This document shows positions 49,501 through 58,527 of a stretch of 64,000 nucleotides of DNA, piece by piece. A model generated the notes under the pieces. That model saw only the letters and a program-made list of their open reading frames with translations. It searched no databases and had not been told where the DNA came from. Position numbers and translations under genes: made by a program. Every line of letters begins with the position of its first letter. Position 1 is the first letter of the stretch. This stretch comes from Candidatus Heimdallarchaeota archaeon (lineage in GTDB: Archaea; Asgardarchaeota; Heimdallarchaeia; Hodarchaeales; Hodarchaeaceae): assembly GCA_020353515.1 (NCBI GenBank), contig CP070695.1, forward strand, positions 1,634,200 to 1,698,199, in the 5' to 3' direction.

Positions 49501-50275
49501 TTCCCCAGCTTTCCTTTTCATAAATCCTCTTCTTCTTATAATTAGCTTAACCGTTATCACTCCCATAACCTATTATCTTGTTCATGAATCTCCTAGAGCT
49601 AATCCCATCGGACTCCTCACTAGCAGCTTCGCTTTCGGAACCGTGGGGCTTATTTGTTGTCTTATCGCTCCATTCTTTTTAATAATTTTTCTTATTTTAA
49701 TCGTAGGACCTATATTATTATTCTTTGCTGGAATTTCTTATATGAGCTATAGTGGTTATTTCATCTTCATTGTTATTTTGACGCTAATGGTAATTGGATT
49801 AGAATTATTCTTGTTTCAGAAATTATGGGCTATTCTTATTTTTAATGGTTTAGGTTCTGAACTCACTTTCGGCCAAAAAATCTTCTGGTTAGAAAAAATA
49901 ATATCAAAAGGGCAAGTTAAATTCATTGGATTGATCTTAATTCATTTCTTGCTCCAATCTATATTGTTTTTTATTTTTGAATCCCTCCCTCAAGCGATTC
50001 TAGCGGAAGAATATGTTCATTTTCCTTTTAGTATTCCTTATATCTTTTCATTATTTCCAGTCGATCCTTTAGCTTTCTTGATCCTTACAACTTTTGAGGT
50101 TGGGTTTTTCTTACTGTTTATAATTTATCAAATTGTCCAGTTTCAAAATCAGATCAATATTCTCTATCCAAGTATTCTTGCTGAACGTGTTACTAAGAAA
50201 AAAACAATTTTTACGATAAGAGAAAAGGATTTTCAACACTTTCCTTCTACTTATGGACTAAAAAGACAAGACTAA
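46505..50275 (+). CDS. FtsX/MacB/LolCE-family ABC permease (two FtsX units) with an extra C-terminal multi-TM domain
   Basis: RDRSKEFGVLRAVG and EREMGIMRAMG motifs, two large extracellular domains, about 370 extra hydrophobic residues at the C-terminus. Confidence 0.9.
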   Translation: MKGSLRKTLSTRKRQIGLIFGLAKRNATRSKYRSSLLILGIVLTIALETGIVISIDTLYDNFVFNNRNQNYTDISVIPKEWVGLSTLRSITKDVSSVAGVTKASPVYSLPASRLVKEQFPESNVLIYGIDPKTHPDFSTINITEGKRELHDNTIIISHKLFIDSGFRVGDSVDLKDFETDIVLDPSTFKSSRFTIGGVLNDPSFLGNNLGYLFILINIRTLFNIIPQAERPNILRAKIDVYVENLLDLKIIQEKVKDKVGVRSYVWTEKDISDIRSSGIRAYQTAMNLVILASFVVEFLFITNILAIAIRDRSKEFGVLRAVGSSSKQIVLLISVEILLYSIVGSFLGIIGGIGFANIIVGLMQSFYPTLKFQALSLHPSSLLATLASGIAVALISGLYPIFIALSTPVIRNIHSQMRSGKSSFVLLENWKHTIIMGFLLALTGFILQFFVGPTRFLDFEILSLHFFVILLIFIGTVLIEIGILIFLPKVAFAFLSPIFGELVRTISMRNIAREFRKSLFTIMTAALALTFIIVIGLVSAAVITGFPAFFQEQWGNIDLVAEARDDQLPDINLTTSLEQSTPIIKSSFIQEERTEIQGIYSYVYGVDPSQYAFFAEEVIESVNNDTSTSFLSHNQTLGNTTYGLVSRHLFERLLSPVGSNVSVRIGDNSTVNITIGAVIKPNVFLGNGEYLYISADKFSKFYNSTRAKWFVCAVEGNVRSAQTLIEAEFPIFKEVIGIDFYVKTIERTLMFQSAIFQLLFVESFILAAIAQFICILVSTLRMEREMGIMRAMGLSKRGVIDVFMSESVALGLAAIVVGLFDGLIGSILLTWYINLSFPIEIEFPLDRINTWILFSFIITLASTILPSYRSSRKSIVSTISRRPFRKDFVEESIIVKAFHPLWQTSAVKSIFAIYKSQKQSLIAHEEMKAALPFPSTSIRQFIKHNRFRVQLAFLTLVSIITLSILINNYLLVRGLIPFDFLWRFYFSILPIKDFYADYYSPAFLFINPLLLIISLTVITPITYYLVHESPRANPIGLLTSSFAFGTVGLICCLIAPFFLIIFLILIVGPILLFFAGISYMSYSGYFIFIVILTLMVIGLELFLFQKLWAILIFNGLGSELTFGQKIFWLEKIISKGQVKFIGLILIHFLLQSILFFIFESLPQAILAEEYVHFPFSIPYIFSLFPVDPLAFLILTTFEVGFFLLFIIYQIVQFQNQINILYPSILAERVTKKKTIFTIREKDFQHFPSTYGLKRQD

Positions 50276-50329
50276 AACTCGAGTATGATCCTTCTTCAAA
50301 GGTACTATAATTAAATTAATCATATCAAT

Positions 50330-50728
50330 TTATTCTTTTGATTCAATTTTCTTGATGATTTCCTCAATTCTCTTCTGAAAATCTTCAATTGTGGGAATAA
50401 AATATTGTGCTCGTTCAGGTAATTCGACAAGCTTATCAGCTATAACAAATATGTCAACATTAAGCTGGGATTGGATTGTTGGCGTCAAAGGATGCTTTCT
50501 TTCCTCAAGTACTACAATCATTTCTTGTAGACGAGTACCAATGTTTATTAAAATCGCTGCAGCTTCTTTTGTTATAGATTTCTGTTGCATGAATTGTCCA
50601 GCTGGGAAAAAGACACGCCAGAGAACATTTCCCATCCTGGGACGAAGAATTTCATCCATCTTGTGAATACTCTCATCAAGAAGTTGATGTATATATTTTA
50701 ACTCCTCTAAAATTGCATTTTCTCCCAA
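50330..50728 (-). CDS. Hypothetical helical protein
   Basis: 132-aa ORF, AGGTGA SD before TTG, follows dppF in the same orientation. Confidence 0.7.
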   Translation of the reverse strand: MGENAILEELKYIHQLLDESIHKMDEILRPRMGNVLWRVFFPAGQFMQQKSITKEAAAILINIGTRLQEMIVVLEERKHPLTPTIQSQLNVDIFVIADKLVELPERAQYFIPTIEDFQKRIEEIIKKIESKE

Positions 50729-50762
50729 AAAGAATTCACCTATTGTTGGGATTAAAGGTGTA

Positions 50763-51821
50763 TTAATTGGACTTTTCAGCAGCTTGCTTTAGTACTTCTG
50801 CGGGATCAGTCTCGAGGTCAAGCGGGGGGCGTGGGAACCAGCATGATACATAATGCCCCTTGCTAATTTCTTCTAAAGGTGGTTCCTGGTCAACACATTT
50901 CTTTTGCGCATATTTACATCGAGAGGCGAAAAGACATCCTGGAGGTGGATTAATCGGACTACCAGGTTCTCCAGGAAGAATTTCACGCTTACGCATACGT
51001 GTTGGATCTGGAGTAGGAACAGCAGAGATTAGAGCAGCACTATATGGGTGCACTGCTCCATGTATGATTTGTTTGATGGAGCCCTTCTCCATGACCTTTC
51101 CAAGATACATAATGGCAAGCTTATCACCAATATAGCTTGCTACGGATAAATCGTGAGTGATATATAGATAAGCTATGTGAAATTTACGTCGAATATCTTG
51201 TAATAATGTCAAGATTTCAGAACGGATTGAGACATCAAGCATTGAAACTGGTTCGTCAGCCACAATGAATCTTGGATCAACAACGATAGCTCGAGCAATG
51301 GCTACGCGTTGACGTTGGCCACCACTAAGTTCATGAGGGTAACGAAAAGTGAACTCTTCAGCGGGAACAAGTTGAACAGCCTCAAAAGCTTTAACAACGC
51401 GATCCTCTTCTTCACTTGGGGAGTCCGCGAGATTATTTAAACGTATAGGTTCAGCAACAGTATCATAGAGGCTCAATCGGGGATTTAGTGACGAATAAGG
51501 ATCTTGAAAGATTGTTTGAATCGTTGCTCTAAGCCTACGGAGTTTCCTACGACTAATTTCGGAAAGATCCATTCCTTCGATGGTAACAATTCCATTAGTG
51601 GGTTTCAGTAAACCAATAAGTAATTTTCCTACGGTAGTTTTACCACAACCAGATTCTCCTGCAAGGCAGAACATTTCTTCCTTATATATGTTTAGATCTA
51701 TTCCATCAACAGCTTTAAGCCAAAGTTCTCCTCCTACCATTGAAGAAAAGAAACCAGTGCTTACTGGAAACCATTTCCTTAGTTCACGACATGAGACTAG
51801 TGGTTCACCATTTGTTGCCAT
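50763..51821 (-). CDS. dppF: Oligopeptide/dipeptide ABC transporter ATP-binding subunit (DppF/OppF)
   Basis: GESGCGKT Walker A, LSGGQRQR, IVADEP, ITHD, HPY and C-terminal Cys motif; ATG at 51821. Confidence 0.93.
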   Translation of the reverse strand: MATNGEPLVSCRELRKWFPVSTGFFSSMVGGELWLKAVDGIDLNIYKEEMFCLAGESGCGKTTVGKLLIGLLKPTNGIVTIEGMDLSEISRRKLRRLRATIQTIFQDPYSSLNPRLSLYDTVAEPIRLNNLADSPSEEEDRVVKAFEAVQLVPAEEFTFRYPHELSGGQRQRVAIARAIVVDPRFIVADEPVSMLDVSIRSEILTLLQDIRRKFHIAYLYITHDLSVASYIGDKLAIMYLGKVMEKGSIKQIIHGAVHPYSAALISAVPTPDPTRMRKREILPGEPGSPINPPPGCLFASRCKYAQKKCVDQEPPLEEISKGHYVSCWFPRPPLDLETDPAEVLKQAAEKSN

Positions 51822-51823
51822 TT

Positions 51824-52825
51824 TCAAACCTTCCTGCTGTAACTTTCACTTTGTATTCTTCCTGAAGCGAGATGACATGCCACTCGGTGACCCGACTTTA
51901 ACTCCTCTATTGGAGGATCATCAGTCCGACAAATTTCCTGAGTATATTCACATCTTGGATGGAAACGGCATCCAAGAGGAGGTTTTAGTAGATTTGGTGG
52001 CTGACCAGGAATCGATGCTAATGTTTGATTATGAGATTTTTCAATTGAGGGAATTGAGGCAATCAATCCTTGGGAATATGGATGCAATGGATTTGTAAAT
52101 ATCTCTATTACTGTTCCTGACTCGACAATTTTTCCTGCGTACATAATAATGACCTTCTTACAGGTTTCAGCAACAACAGAGAGATCGTGAGTGATAAGTA
52201 GGAGTGTAATATTTAATTCCTTAGTAAGTAATTGTAGAAGCTCCATGATTTGAGCCTGTACTGTGACATCCAGTGCTGTAGTTGGTTCATCAGCGATAAC
52301 GAATTCTGGATTACAAGCCAATGCCATTACAATCATAGATCGTTGTTTCATTCCCCCGCTGAATTCGAAAGGGTAGTGTTCTACTCGACCAGGGTCTAAG
52401 CCTACCATTTTGAATAGTTCACGAGCTCTTGCCAAAGCTTCTTTTTTTGTTGCATTTGGATCATGTAGCATAATCGCTTCAGTTATTTGATCCTTAATCT
52501 TTATGATAGGATTAAGGGCATTCATCGCACCTTGAAAGATCATAGACATTTTCTTCCAGCGGAATTCACGCATTTCCTCTTCATGATATTCTGCAACATC
52601 TTCACCATTAAAATAAATGCTGCCTTTGACAATTTGACCAGGGAAAGGTAGCATACGGAGAAGAGCGAAAGCAACAGTGCTTTTACCACATCCTGATTCA
52701 CCTACAAGGCCAACTGAGTCACCTTTTTCGATATCAAAGGAGACCTCTTCAACTGCTCTACAGTCTCCGCGTCTCATGCAATAATATACAGAAAGATCCT
52801 TAACTTTTAATGACAAAATTCTCAC
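51824..52825 (-). CDS. dppD: Oligopeptide/dipeptide ABC transporter ATP-binding subunit (DppD/OppD)
   Basis: GESGCGKS, FSGGMKQR, ADEPTTALDVTVQAQI, GCRFHPRC; start GTG 52825 or TTG 52816. Confidence 0.93.
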   Translation of the reverse strand: MRILSLKVKDLSVYYCMRRGDCRAVEEVSFDIEKGDSVGLVGESGCGKSTVAFALLRMLPFPGQIVKGSIYFNGEDVAEYHEEEMREFRWKKMSMIFQGAMNALNPIIKIKDQITEAIMLHDPNATKKEALARARELFKMVGLDPGRVEHYPFEFSGGMKQRSMIVMALACNPEFVIADEPTTALDVTVQAQIMELLQLLTKELNITLLLITHDLSVVAETCKKVIIMYAGKIVESGTVIEIFTNPLHPYSQGLIASIPSIEKSHNQTLASIPGQPPNLLKPPLGCRFHPRCEYTQEICRTDDPPIEELKSGHRVACHLASGRIQSESYSRKV

Positions 52826-55039
52826 CTATAATCTTCGTTGTCGGGGATTCATAGCATTGTCAACAGCGTATCCAATAAATACAAAACCCATTGATAACAA
52901 CGCAATGCAGAAACCAGGTGGTAAGATGAACCACCAAGCATTATTGATAAATCCACCAGCATTATATCCTGCTTGAAGCATACGTCCCCAAGAAACTAGA
53001 TTTTGTGGAGTAAGTGCAAGGAAACTCAACCCAGCTTCCGAAATAATGGAAGATGAAACACCTGTGGCGAGCTGGACAAAAACTAATGTTAATACATTAG
53101 GTAGTACATGTTTAAAAATGAGATAAACATCTCCAGCACCAGCAGCCTTAGCTGCTTCAACGTATGCCTTTTCTTTCTCAACTAGAACCTGTGACCGTAT
53201 AACTCGAGAGGGCCCAGGCCAAGCGAAGAGTGCGATGATGAAAGTTGTAATTTCTAAGCTTGGTGTAAAGAGCGCAGCTAGGATCATCATAATAGGTAAC
53301 CCTGGCATAATCAAAAAGAAGTCGACGATACGCATAAGGATCTCATCAATCGAACCACCAAAATATCCTGCCATCAATCCTACAATTAGACCTACAAAGA
53401 TACCAAAAAAGGTTGCCACGAGCCCAATGAACAATGAAATCTGTGCTCCCCATAAAAGTTGGGCCATAACATCTTGACCCATATCAGATGTTCCAAGCCA
53501 GCCATAAAAATTTGAGTAAACGTGGATTTGTAGATTATCAAACCAGAATTCTGCTTTAACTGTTTCACTTCGATTTCCCAATGGATTAAACGGATTGGTA
53601 AATGGATTCGAGAATTCTAGTCCAACTTCTACATTTACCTCTGAATGTTGGGCAAAAACGAAATAGTATGAAAGAAATGACATATTACGGGTATATCTTG
53701 TCCATTCTTCAGCAAAATGGGGTTTAAGTTCAATTCGTGAGAGATAATCAGGGTAAGGAGAATTTTCTGGTGTATGGAACCTCACATAGGGCATTAGTTT
53801 GTGTCTATCAAGGGTACCATTTACACGGGATTTATAATTAAAAGAAACTGTCACCCATATTGGATGGGTATAATTATAATTGAAGCTTTGAAGTGCTGCT
53901 ATACTAGTCCTAAAATAAGTATCAGTACTATTATCTATGAGAGTCAGTTTGAGAGATCTTGAACCATCAGTGAAATCAGTCGTATCAAATTCATAGAATC
54001 CATGTTCTTCGTCGGGTAATCCTGTTAGGGGATCTGTAACGCTGAAATTCCAAGCTGAATCATCCTCAAAGGAATAATCTGGGAGATAATTTTTGTAGGG
54101 TGGAGAATCTGGATCAGTAAATTGTGTCCATGCAGGAGCAGCATAATCAGGGCCAACACGTGCCAATTGACCTGGGTATTTAGGATAAACGATTGGAGCG
54201 ACCAATGCCATGACAAGGAAAAGTAGTACCAAAATCAATCCGACGATTCCATGTTTCACCTCATAATACTGTTTCCAAACCCCTAATGAACGATCTTTAA
54301 AACTTTTTCGATGAACAAAACTTGTAGGCCATTCCAATCTCCGTATTATATCTACAGTAGATTTGATGGTGGAAGCAAGTCCTCCAATGATAGCTAAAAT
54401 CGCTAGGATGCCGAGAAATAATTGAAAAGCTAATTCTAACACATCTGTTGTAGCTTCACCAAAGATAGTAATTCCAATATCTATTAGAATTAATCCAAAG
54501 TTCTCTAGTATAATTACAAGTAGAAGCCAACCAATTATATAAAGAGAAACCACAATGGAGCCCTCAAAAGCCTCACTCCATTTTAATTTGTTTACTGTAT
54601 CAACGGCAGACTTGATAGTAGAAGTTGTTACTCCAATAAGTATTAAGAGGGCAGCAATTAATAATAATATGTCTTTATAGAAACCGATAACATCAGCAAT
54701 AACCCCCAAAATAGTTGATACTATTACCCATCCACAAATATAGATCGTGGCAATTATAGAGGCTTTAAAAGCTTCAGGCCATTCTATTGAGCGTGCTGTC
54801 GCTACAGCGACCTTTATGGTCGAAGCAAGCCCTCCAATTGTAAATATGACTATTCCAACAATGAAAAATACCATGAATGGAATCGAGCTATTTGGATCGT
54901 CCAGGACAGATAATCCACCACCCAATATAATACCAATAGCAATCATGATACCTCCGATAATTCCCCATCCGCATAAAAAAATAAAAGCAGTAATAGCAGC
55001 CCTAAAAGCTGTAGGCCATTCTAATTTTGATACTGACAT
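52826..55039 (-). CDS. dppC: Peptide ABC permease DppC/OppC with N-terminal triple TM-hairpin repeat and extracellular jelly-roll insert
   Basis: C-terminal LGT..GQD, YVEAAKAAGA (EAA loop), HVLPN, SWGRML, NPR; 737 aa versus the usual ~300. Confidence 0.9.
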   Translation of the reverse strand: MSVSKLEWPTAFRAAITAFIFLCGWGIIGGIMIAIGIILGGGLSVLDDPNSSIPFMVFFIVGIVIFTIGGLASTIKVAVATARSIEWPEAFKASIIATIYICGWVIVSTILGVIADVIGFYKDILLLIAALLILIGVTTSTIKSAVDTVNKLKWSEAFEGSIVVSLYIIGWLLLVIILENFGLILIDIGITIFGEATTDVLELAFQLFLGILAILAIIGGLASTIKSTVDIIRRLEWPTSFVHRKSFKDRSLGVWKQYYEVKHGIVGLILVLLFLVMALVAPIVYPKYPGQLARVGPDYAAPAWTQFTDPDSPPYKNYLPDYSFEDDSAWNFSVTDPLTGLPDEEHGFYEFDTTDFTDGSRSLKLTLIDNSTDTYFRTSIAALQSFNYNYTHPIWVTVSFNYKSRVNGTLDRHKLMPYVRFHTPENSPYPDYLSRIELKPHFAEEWTRYTRNMSFLSYYFVFAQHSEVNVEVGLEFSNPFTNPFNPLGNRSETVKAEFWFDNLQIHVYSNFYGWLGTSDMGQDVMAQLLWGAQISLFIGLVATFFGIFVGLIVGLMAGYFGGSIDEILMRIVDFFLIMPGLPIMMILAALFTPSLEITTFIIALFAWPGPSRVIRSQVLVEKEKAYVEAAKAAGAGDVYLIFKHVLPNVLTLVFVQLATGVSSSIISEAGLSFLALTPQNLVSWGRMLQAGYNAGGFINNAWWFILPPGFCIALLSMGFVFIGYAVDNAMNPRQRRL

Positions 55040-55458
55040 ATATAAGCACCCTAGAGTATGAAAAGTTCTTTATCCTAAGCAGCTACTTTAAACAAATCAA
55101 TTGTTGCTGTAGGTGTTGTTGCGTTCTATTAGTTAACTTTATTAATATGTCGATTACTGAAGGATTTAATGATAGATTTTTCCGTTCTATCAACTGCTCA
55201 TCTTTGTTAACAAGACTAGTGTGTAACAAAAAATCAGATGGAAATGACCTTAAGATCCTCATAAACAAGAGATTAGGATCTCTTGGGTATTAAGAATCAA
55301 ACCTTAAAAAAGCACAAGTATAAGGGATGGATCATAAATTTTCATGCTTCAACAGATTTATTAATGCGCTATTGAACAGAGATAGGTAGACCCATATCAT
55401 GAAGTAGTAGGTTGTTGATAACTGTTCATAAGAAAAAGTGGGTCATTAGGTTTGCGAA

Positions 55459-55953
55459 ATGAGGAAGCTTGTTCTAGGAACTTGGATTATTATAGTTATA
55501 ATATCATCTGGATTATTGATTTCCTCAATGATATATGAAATGGATGAGTATCAAGGAATCGTACATTTTGAATTTTATATTGATGAAGTAAATATTTTAA
55601 CGAATGATCTCGGTGAAATGACCAAAATTCAAATTCTGTCATCTCTTTGGAATCCTTCACGCATTTCTTCTTTCGAACTAAATATGATAGAAGTAATGGT
55701 CTTTCTAAATGGGGAAGAATCAATCTCTATACAGAGAAAATGGTTTTATAGGACAATTAATCCCAAAGTGAACACATCAATTAAATGGCTACATGATATA
55801 GATAACGTGAACCCTTTCATCGACGCTAATGCAACTGGAGATTGGAATTGGTATTTCTATATACAGATAAATATCGAATCAGAGATGGTTGAAAGTGTAA
55901 GACTGCAATTATTCGATAGATCTCAACCATTCCAAGGTGTTGGGTTTATATAA
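55459..55953 (+). CDS. Single-TM protein with LEA_2/WHy-like beta-sandwich
   Basis: N-terminal TM followed by a LWNPS...F.L..I.V.VFLNG pattern. Confidence 0.6.
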   Translation: MRKLVLGTWIIIVIISSGLLISSMIYEMDEYQGIVHFEFYIDEVNILTNDLGEMTKIQILSSLWNPSRISSFELNMIEVMVFLNGEESISIQRKWFYRTINPKVNTSIKWLHDIDNVNPFIDANATGDWNWYFYIQINIESEMVESVRLQLFDRSQPFQGVGFI

Positions 55954-55997
55954 GCTTTATCGGATAGAAAGGTTGTTTTTGAGGAAGGAGAACTAAG

Positions 55998-56228
55998 TTA
56001 GCGCTTTGGTTTTGGAAGAAGTCTCTCGGATAACCACAGGAAGAGCAGAGATATTAGTGATAAGGCACTAATCGCAAAACCAAACCACAATAACATTAAA
56101 CCAATGAAGGGGATGAGAAACCATAGTACGAACAACCCAACTATAGCAATGATTATTCCAATAAGGGTGAACCGTATTAGAGTTGATCGTGTGGTGATAA
56201 GTGCTCGAAGCTCAAATTCTCCGCTCAA
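55998..56228 (-). CDS. Small 2-TM membrane protein
   Basis: Hydrophobic hairpin plus basic tail; GGTGAG SD suggests TTG at 56228 rather than 56264. Confidence 0.55.
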   Translation of the reverse strand: MSGEFELRALITTRSTLIRFTLIGIIIAIVGLFVLWFLIPFIGLMLLWFGFAISALSLISLLFLWLSERLLPKPKR

Positions 56229-56337
56229 AATAATCTCACCCAAGGGTGAATTTACATATAACAACAGCTTTATTAATACATTGTTGAAATCGTGTTATCA
56301 AAACTTGTTTCCATTAGTCTTAAGTGAAGGTGGTATA

Positions 56338-57336
56338 ATGGGCTTACGTCTGTACTTGGTTAAACGCTTACTTGTTGCTGTTGTTTTATTTGTAACTGTC
56401 TTAATCTTTAACTTCTTCCTCTTCCGTCTTCCCATTTTTGTCCTTGGAATGGATCCAATGTCTTTATATACCACTCCTGACATGGAAGCCGAGACTGTCG
56501 CAAGATTAAGAGAGATTTACGGAATTCCTTCTAGAGACGCTGGTTTTTGGGCGTGGTTTGACCATTTCATACTTTATGTAAAAAACATGCTTACTCTTGA
56601 ATTTGGCCAAAGCTTTGTTTCCTTTAATCCTGTCATTAATGATATCATGTCACGAATGCCAAACACAATCATGCTTATGGGAGTATCTACAGTTTTAATG
56701 ATTGTTGTTGGAGTTATCACTGGTATAATAGCCGCTAGCCGATATGGGAGCAAAATTGATACAGGTCTTATAACGATAGGGCTTTCACTGTATAGTTTTC
56801 CAATATTCTTCATAGGCATGTTATTACTCTTAGTTTTTGGTTTCTATATTCCTCTTTTTCCTATAGGTCATTCAATCAGTTGGCCTTTACCGCCAGATCC
56901 AATCAGCTATGCCATAGATTATGGTTGGCATATGTTTTTACCCACTGTAACGCTCACTCTAGGATTTTTCGGTGGATACATGTTACTCATGCGTAATACT
57001 CTAGTTGAAGTCTTAGTAGAAGATTATATTCTTACTGCAAGAGCGAAGGGGCTTCAAGAACGGACAGTGATATTTAAACACGGCTTACGTAATGCTTTCT
57101 TACCTCTTATTACAGTAATAGCAATAAGTTTTGCATTCATTGTTAGTGGAGCGGTTTTGACAGAAACTGTCTTTGCTTGGTTTGGGATGGGTCGTCTTCT
57201 TTACCAATCTCTCTTAAGCTATGACTGGCCAGTTTCTCAAGCTATCTTCTGGATGATTGCAGTAAGTGTTATTTCTGCAAATATCATTGCTGACCTTTTA
57301 TATGGAGTTTTGGATCCACGTATAAAATACGGTTGA
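56338..57336 (+). CDS. dppB: Peptide ABC permease DppB/OppB
   Basis: YLVKRL, FGQSF, EDYILTARAKGL, HGLRNA, ETVF.W.GMG, LDPRI; real ATG at 56338 after AGGTGG SD. Confidence 0.93.
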   Translation: MGLRLYLVKRLLVAVVLFVTVLIFNFFLFRLPIFVLGMDPMSLYTTPDMEAETVARLREIYGIPSRDAGFWAWFDHFILYVKNMLTLEFGQSFVSFNPVINDIMSRMPNTIMLMGVSTVLMIVVGVITGIIAASRYGSKIDTGLITIGLSLYSFPIFFIGMLLLLVFGFYIPLFPIGHSISWPLPPDPISYAIDYGWHMFLPTVTLTLGFFGGYMLLMRNTLVEVLVEDYILTARAKGLQERTVIFKHGLRNAFLPLITVIAISFAFIVSGAVLTETVFAWFGMGRLLYQSLLSYDWPVSQAIFWMIAVSVISANIIADLLYGVLDPRIKYG

Positions 57337-57374
57337 AATATTGAAAATTTAATCACTAACCATGTGGGATCTCG

Positions 57375-57797
57375 GTGAGAAGTATTGATTCCGAAAGAAA
57401 GAAACAGATAGCCACAATCATAATTTCATCTATTGGATCAAGTATATTGGCTAGTACAATTTTTCATCTTTTGTATACTCAACTCATCTCAATGACTGTT
57501 TTAATAGCAGGAATTTACTTAATCATTCCAGCAGTTTTTATCGGTATAATTAACGTAGACATCAAAGAATCGATGATCGCGATGGTTCTATCAGCAGTGG
57601 GCACCATTTTCCTGACTGCATTTACTCGTTCAATACCTGCTTTTATGGGAATCTTAGCTCAAGGTGATTTATTCATTTTTCAACAAATCGCCGAAACAGT
57701 CCCTCTACTCTTTCTTATGCTACCTATAATGATGGTTGGCACAATAATTGGAGTCGTTATAAACGAATTCGTCTTAACACAATATGAATCCGCTTAA
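57375..57797 (+). CDS. 4-TM membrane protein, hypothetical
   Basis: 140-aa hydrophobic ORF downstream of dppB. Confidence 0.7.
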   Translation: MRSIDSERKKQIATIIISSIGSSILASTIFHLLYTQLISMTVLIAGIYLIIPAVFIGIINVDIKESMIAMVLSAVGTIFLTAFTRSIPAFMGILAQGDLFIFQQIAETVPLLFLMLPIMMVGTIIGVVINEFVLTQYESA

Positions 57798-57863
57798 AAT
57801 TCAAAAGAGTGTTTCACTATTAAATAAGCAAGTGAAAGAAAATCAGCGCTTGTAAGTTGGGGT

Positions 57864-58175
57864 TTGAAAATTTCAGATATGCAAGTTGATGAAGTTATTT
57901 ACCGCCGCTGGGTAATTATAATACCAATTTTAATGATTATTATTGGAATTATATTATTCCATTATGTAGGATCTGTTAATAAAGCGATTGGTCTGGTAGG
58001 TGGCTTAATAACTTTGATTGGGGTTTTAACTCTTGGAGCTCTTTTTTCTATGATGTTAGGAATTGAACTGGGATCACGAGCGTTAGAAAAACAGGTTCAG
58101 GACAACCCCTCGTTCCGTGAGAGAATTGAAGCCTCTAAGCAATCTAGTGAAGAAGACCGAAATACCGAAAAATAA
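57864..58175 (+). CDS. 2-TM membrane protein with charged tail, hypothetical
   Basis: 103-aa ORF with two hydrophobic segments. Confidence 0.65.
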   Translation: MKISDMQVDEVIYRRWVIIIPILMIIIGIILFHYVGSVNKAIGLVGGLITLIGVLTLGALFSMMLGIELGSRALEKQVQDNPSFRERIEASKQSSEEDRNTEK

Positions 58176-58527
58176 TCAGTATTTGATCATTTTACTCCCC
58201 CTATTTTTGAGAGCTAATCAATCTTGAATTTACACAGGAGTATATTTCTACAAAAGTTTTGGTGTCAATTTTCACCTAGCACTAAATTATTTTTAGGATC
58301 ATAGAGAATTTCTCTTAATCCTGAGGTCAGTTGATTGAAATGATAAAAAAACAACCAATTCATTCCTCTTTGTTTTCTTGACAGAGTACTTCATCAATCG
58401 TAGCTTATAAAAACTACCTTTTATAGAAAGCAATGAATGAGATATGGATTCAGCAATGCGATTAGATTGCTAATTTGCTGAAAATATACTCATTACAGAT
58501 ACAAAATAGAAATAGGAAGATCTTCAA

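Noticed and set aside
56104-56337. N-terminal extension of the 410-aa dppB ORF
   Set aside because: Overlaps an opposite-strand membrane ORF; homology and SD point to ATG 56338
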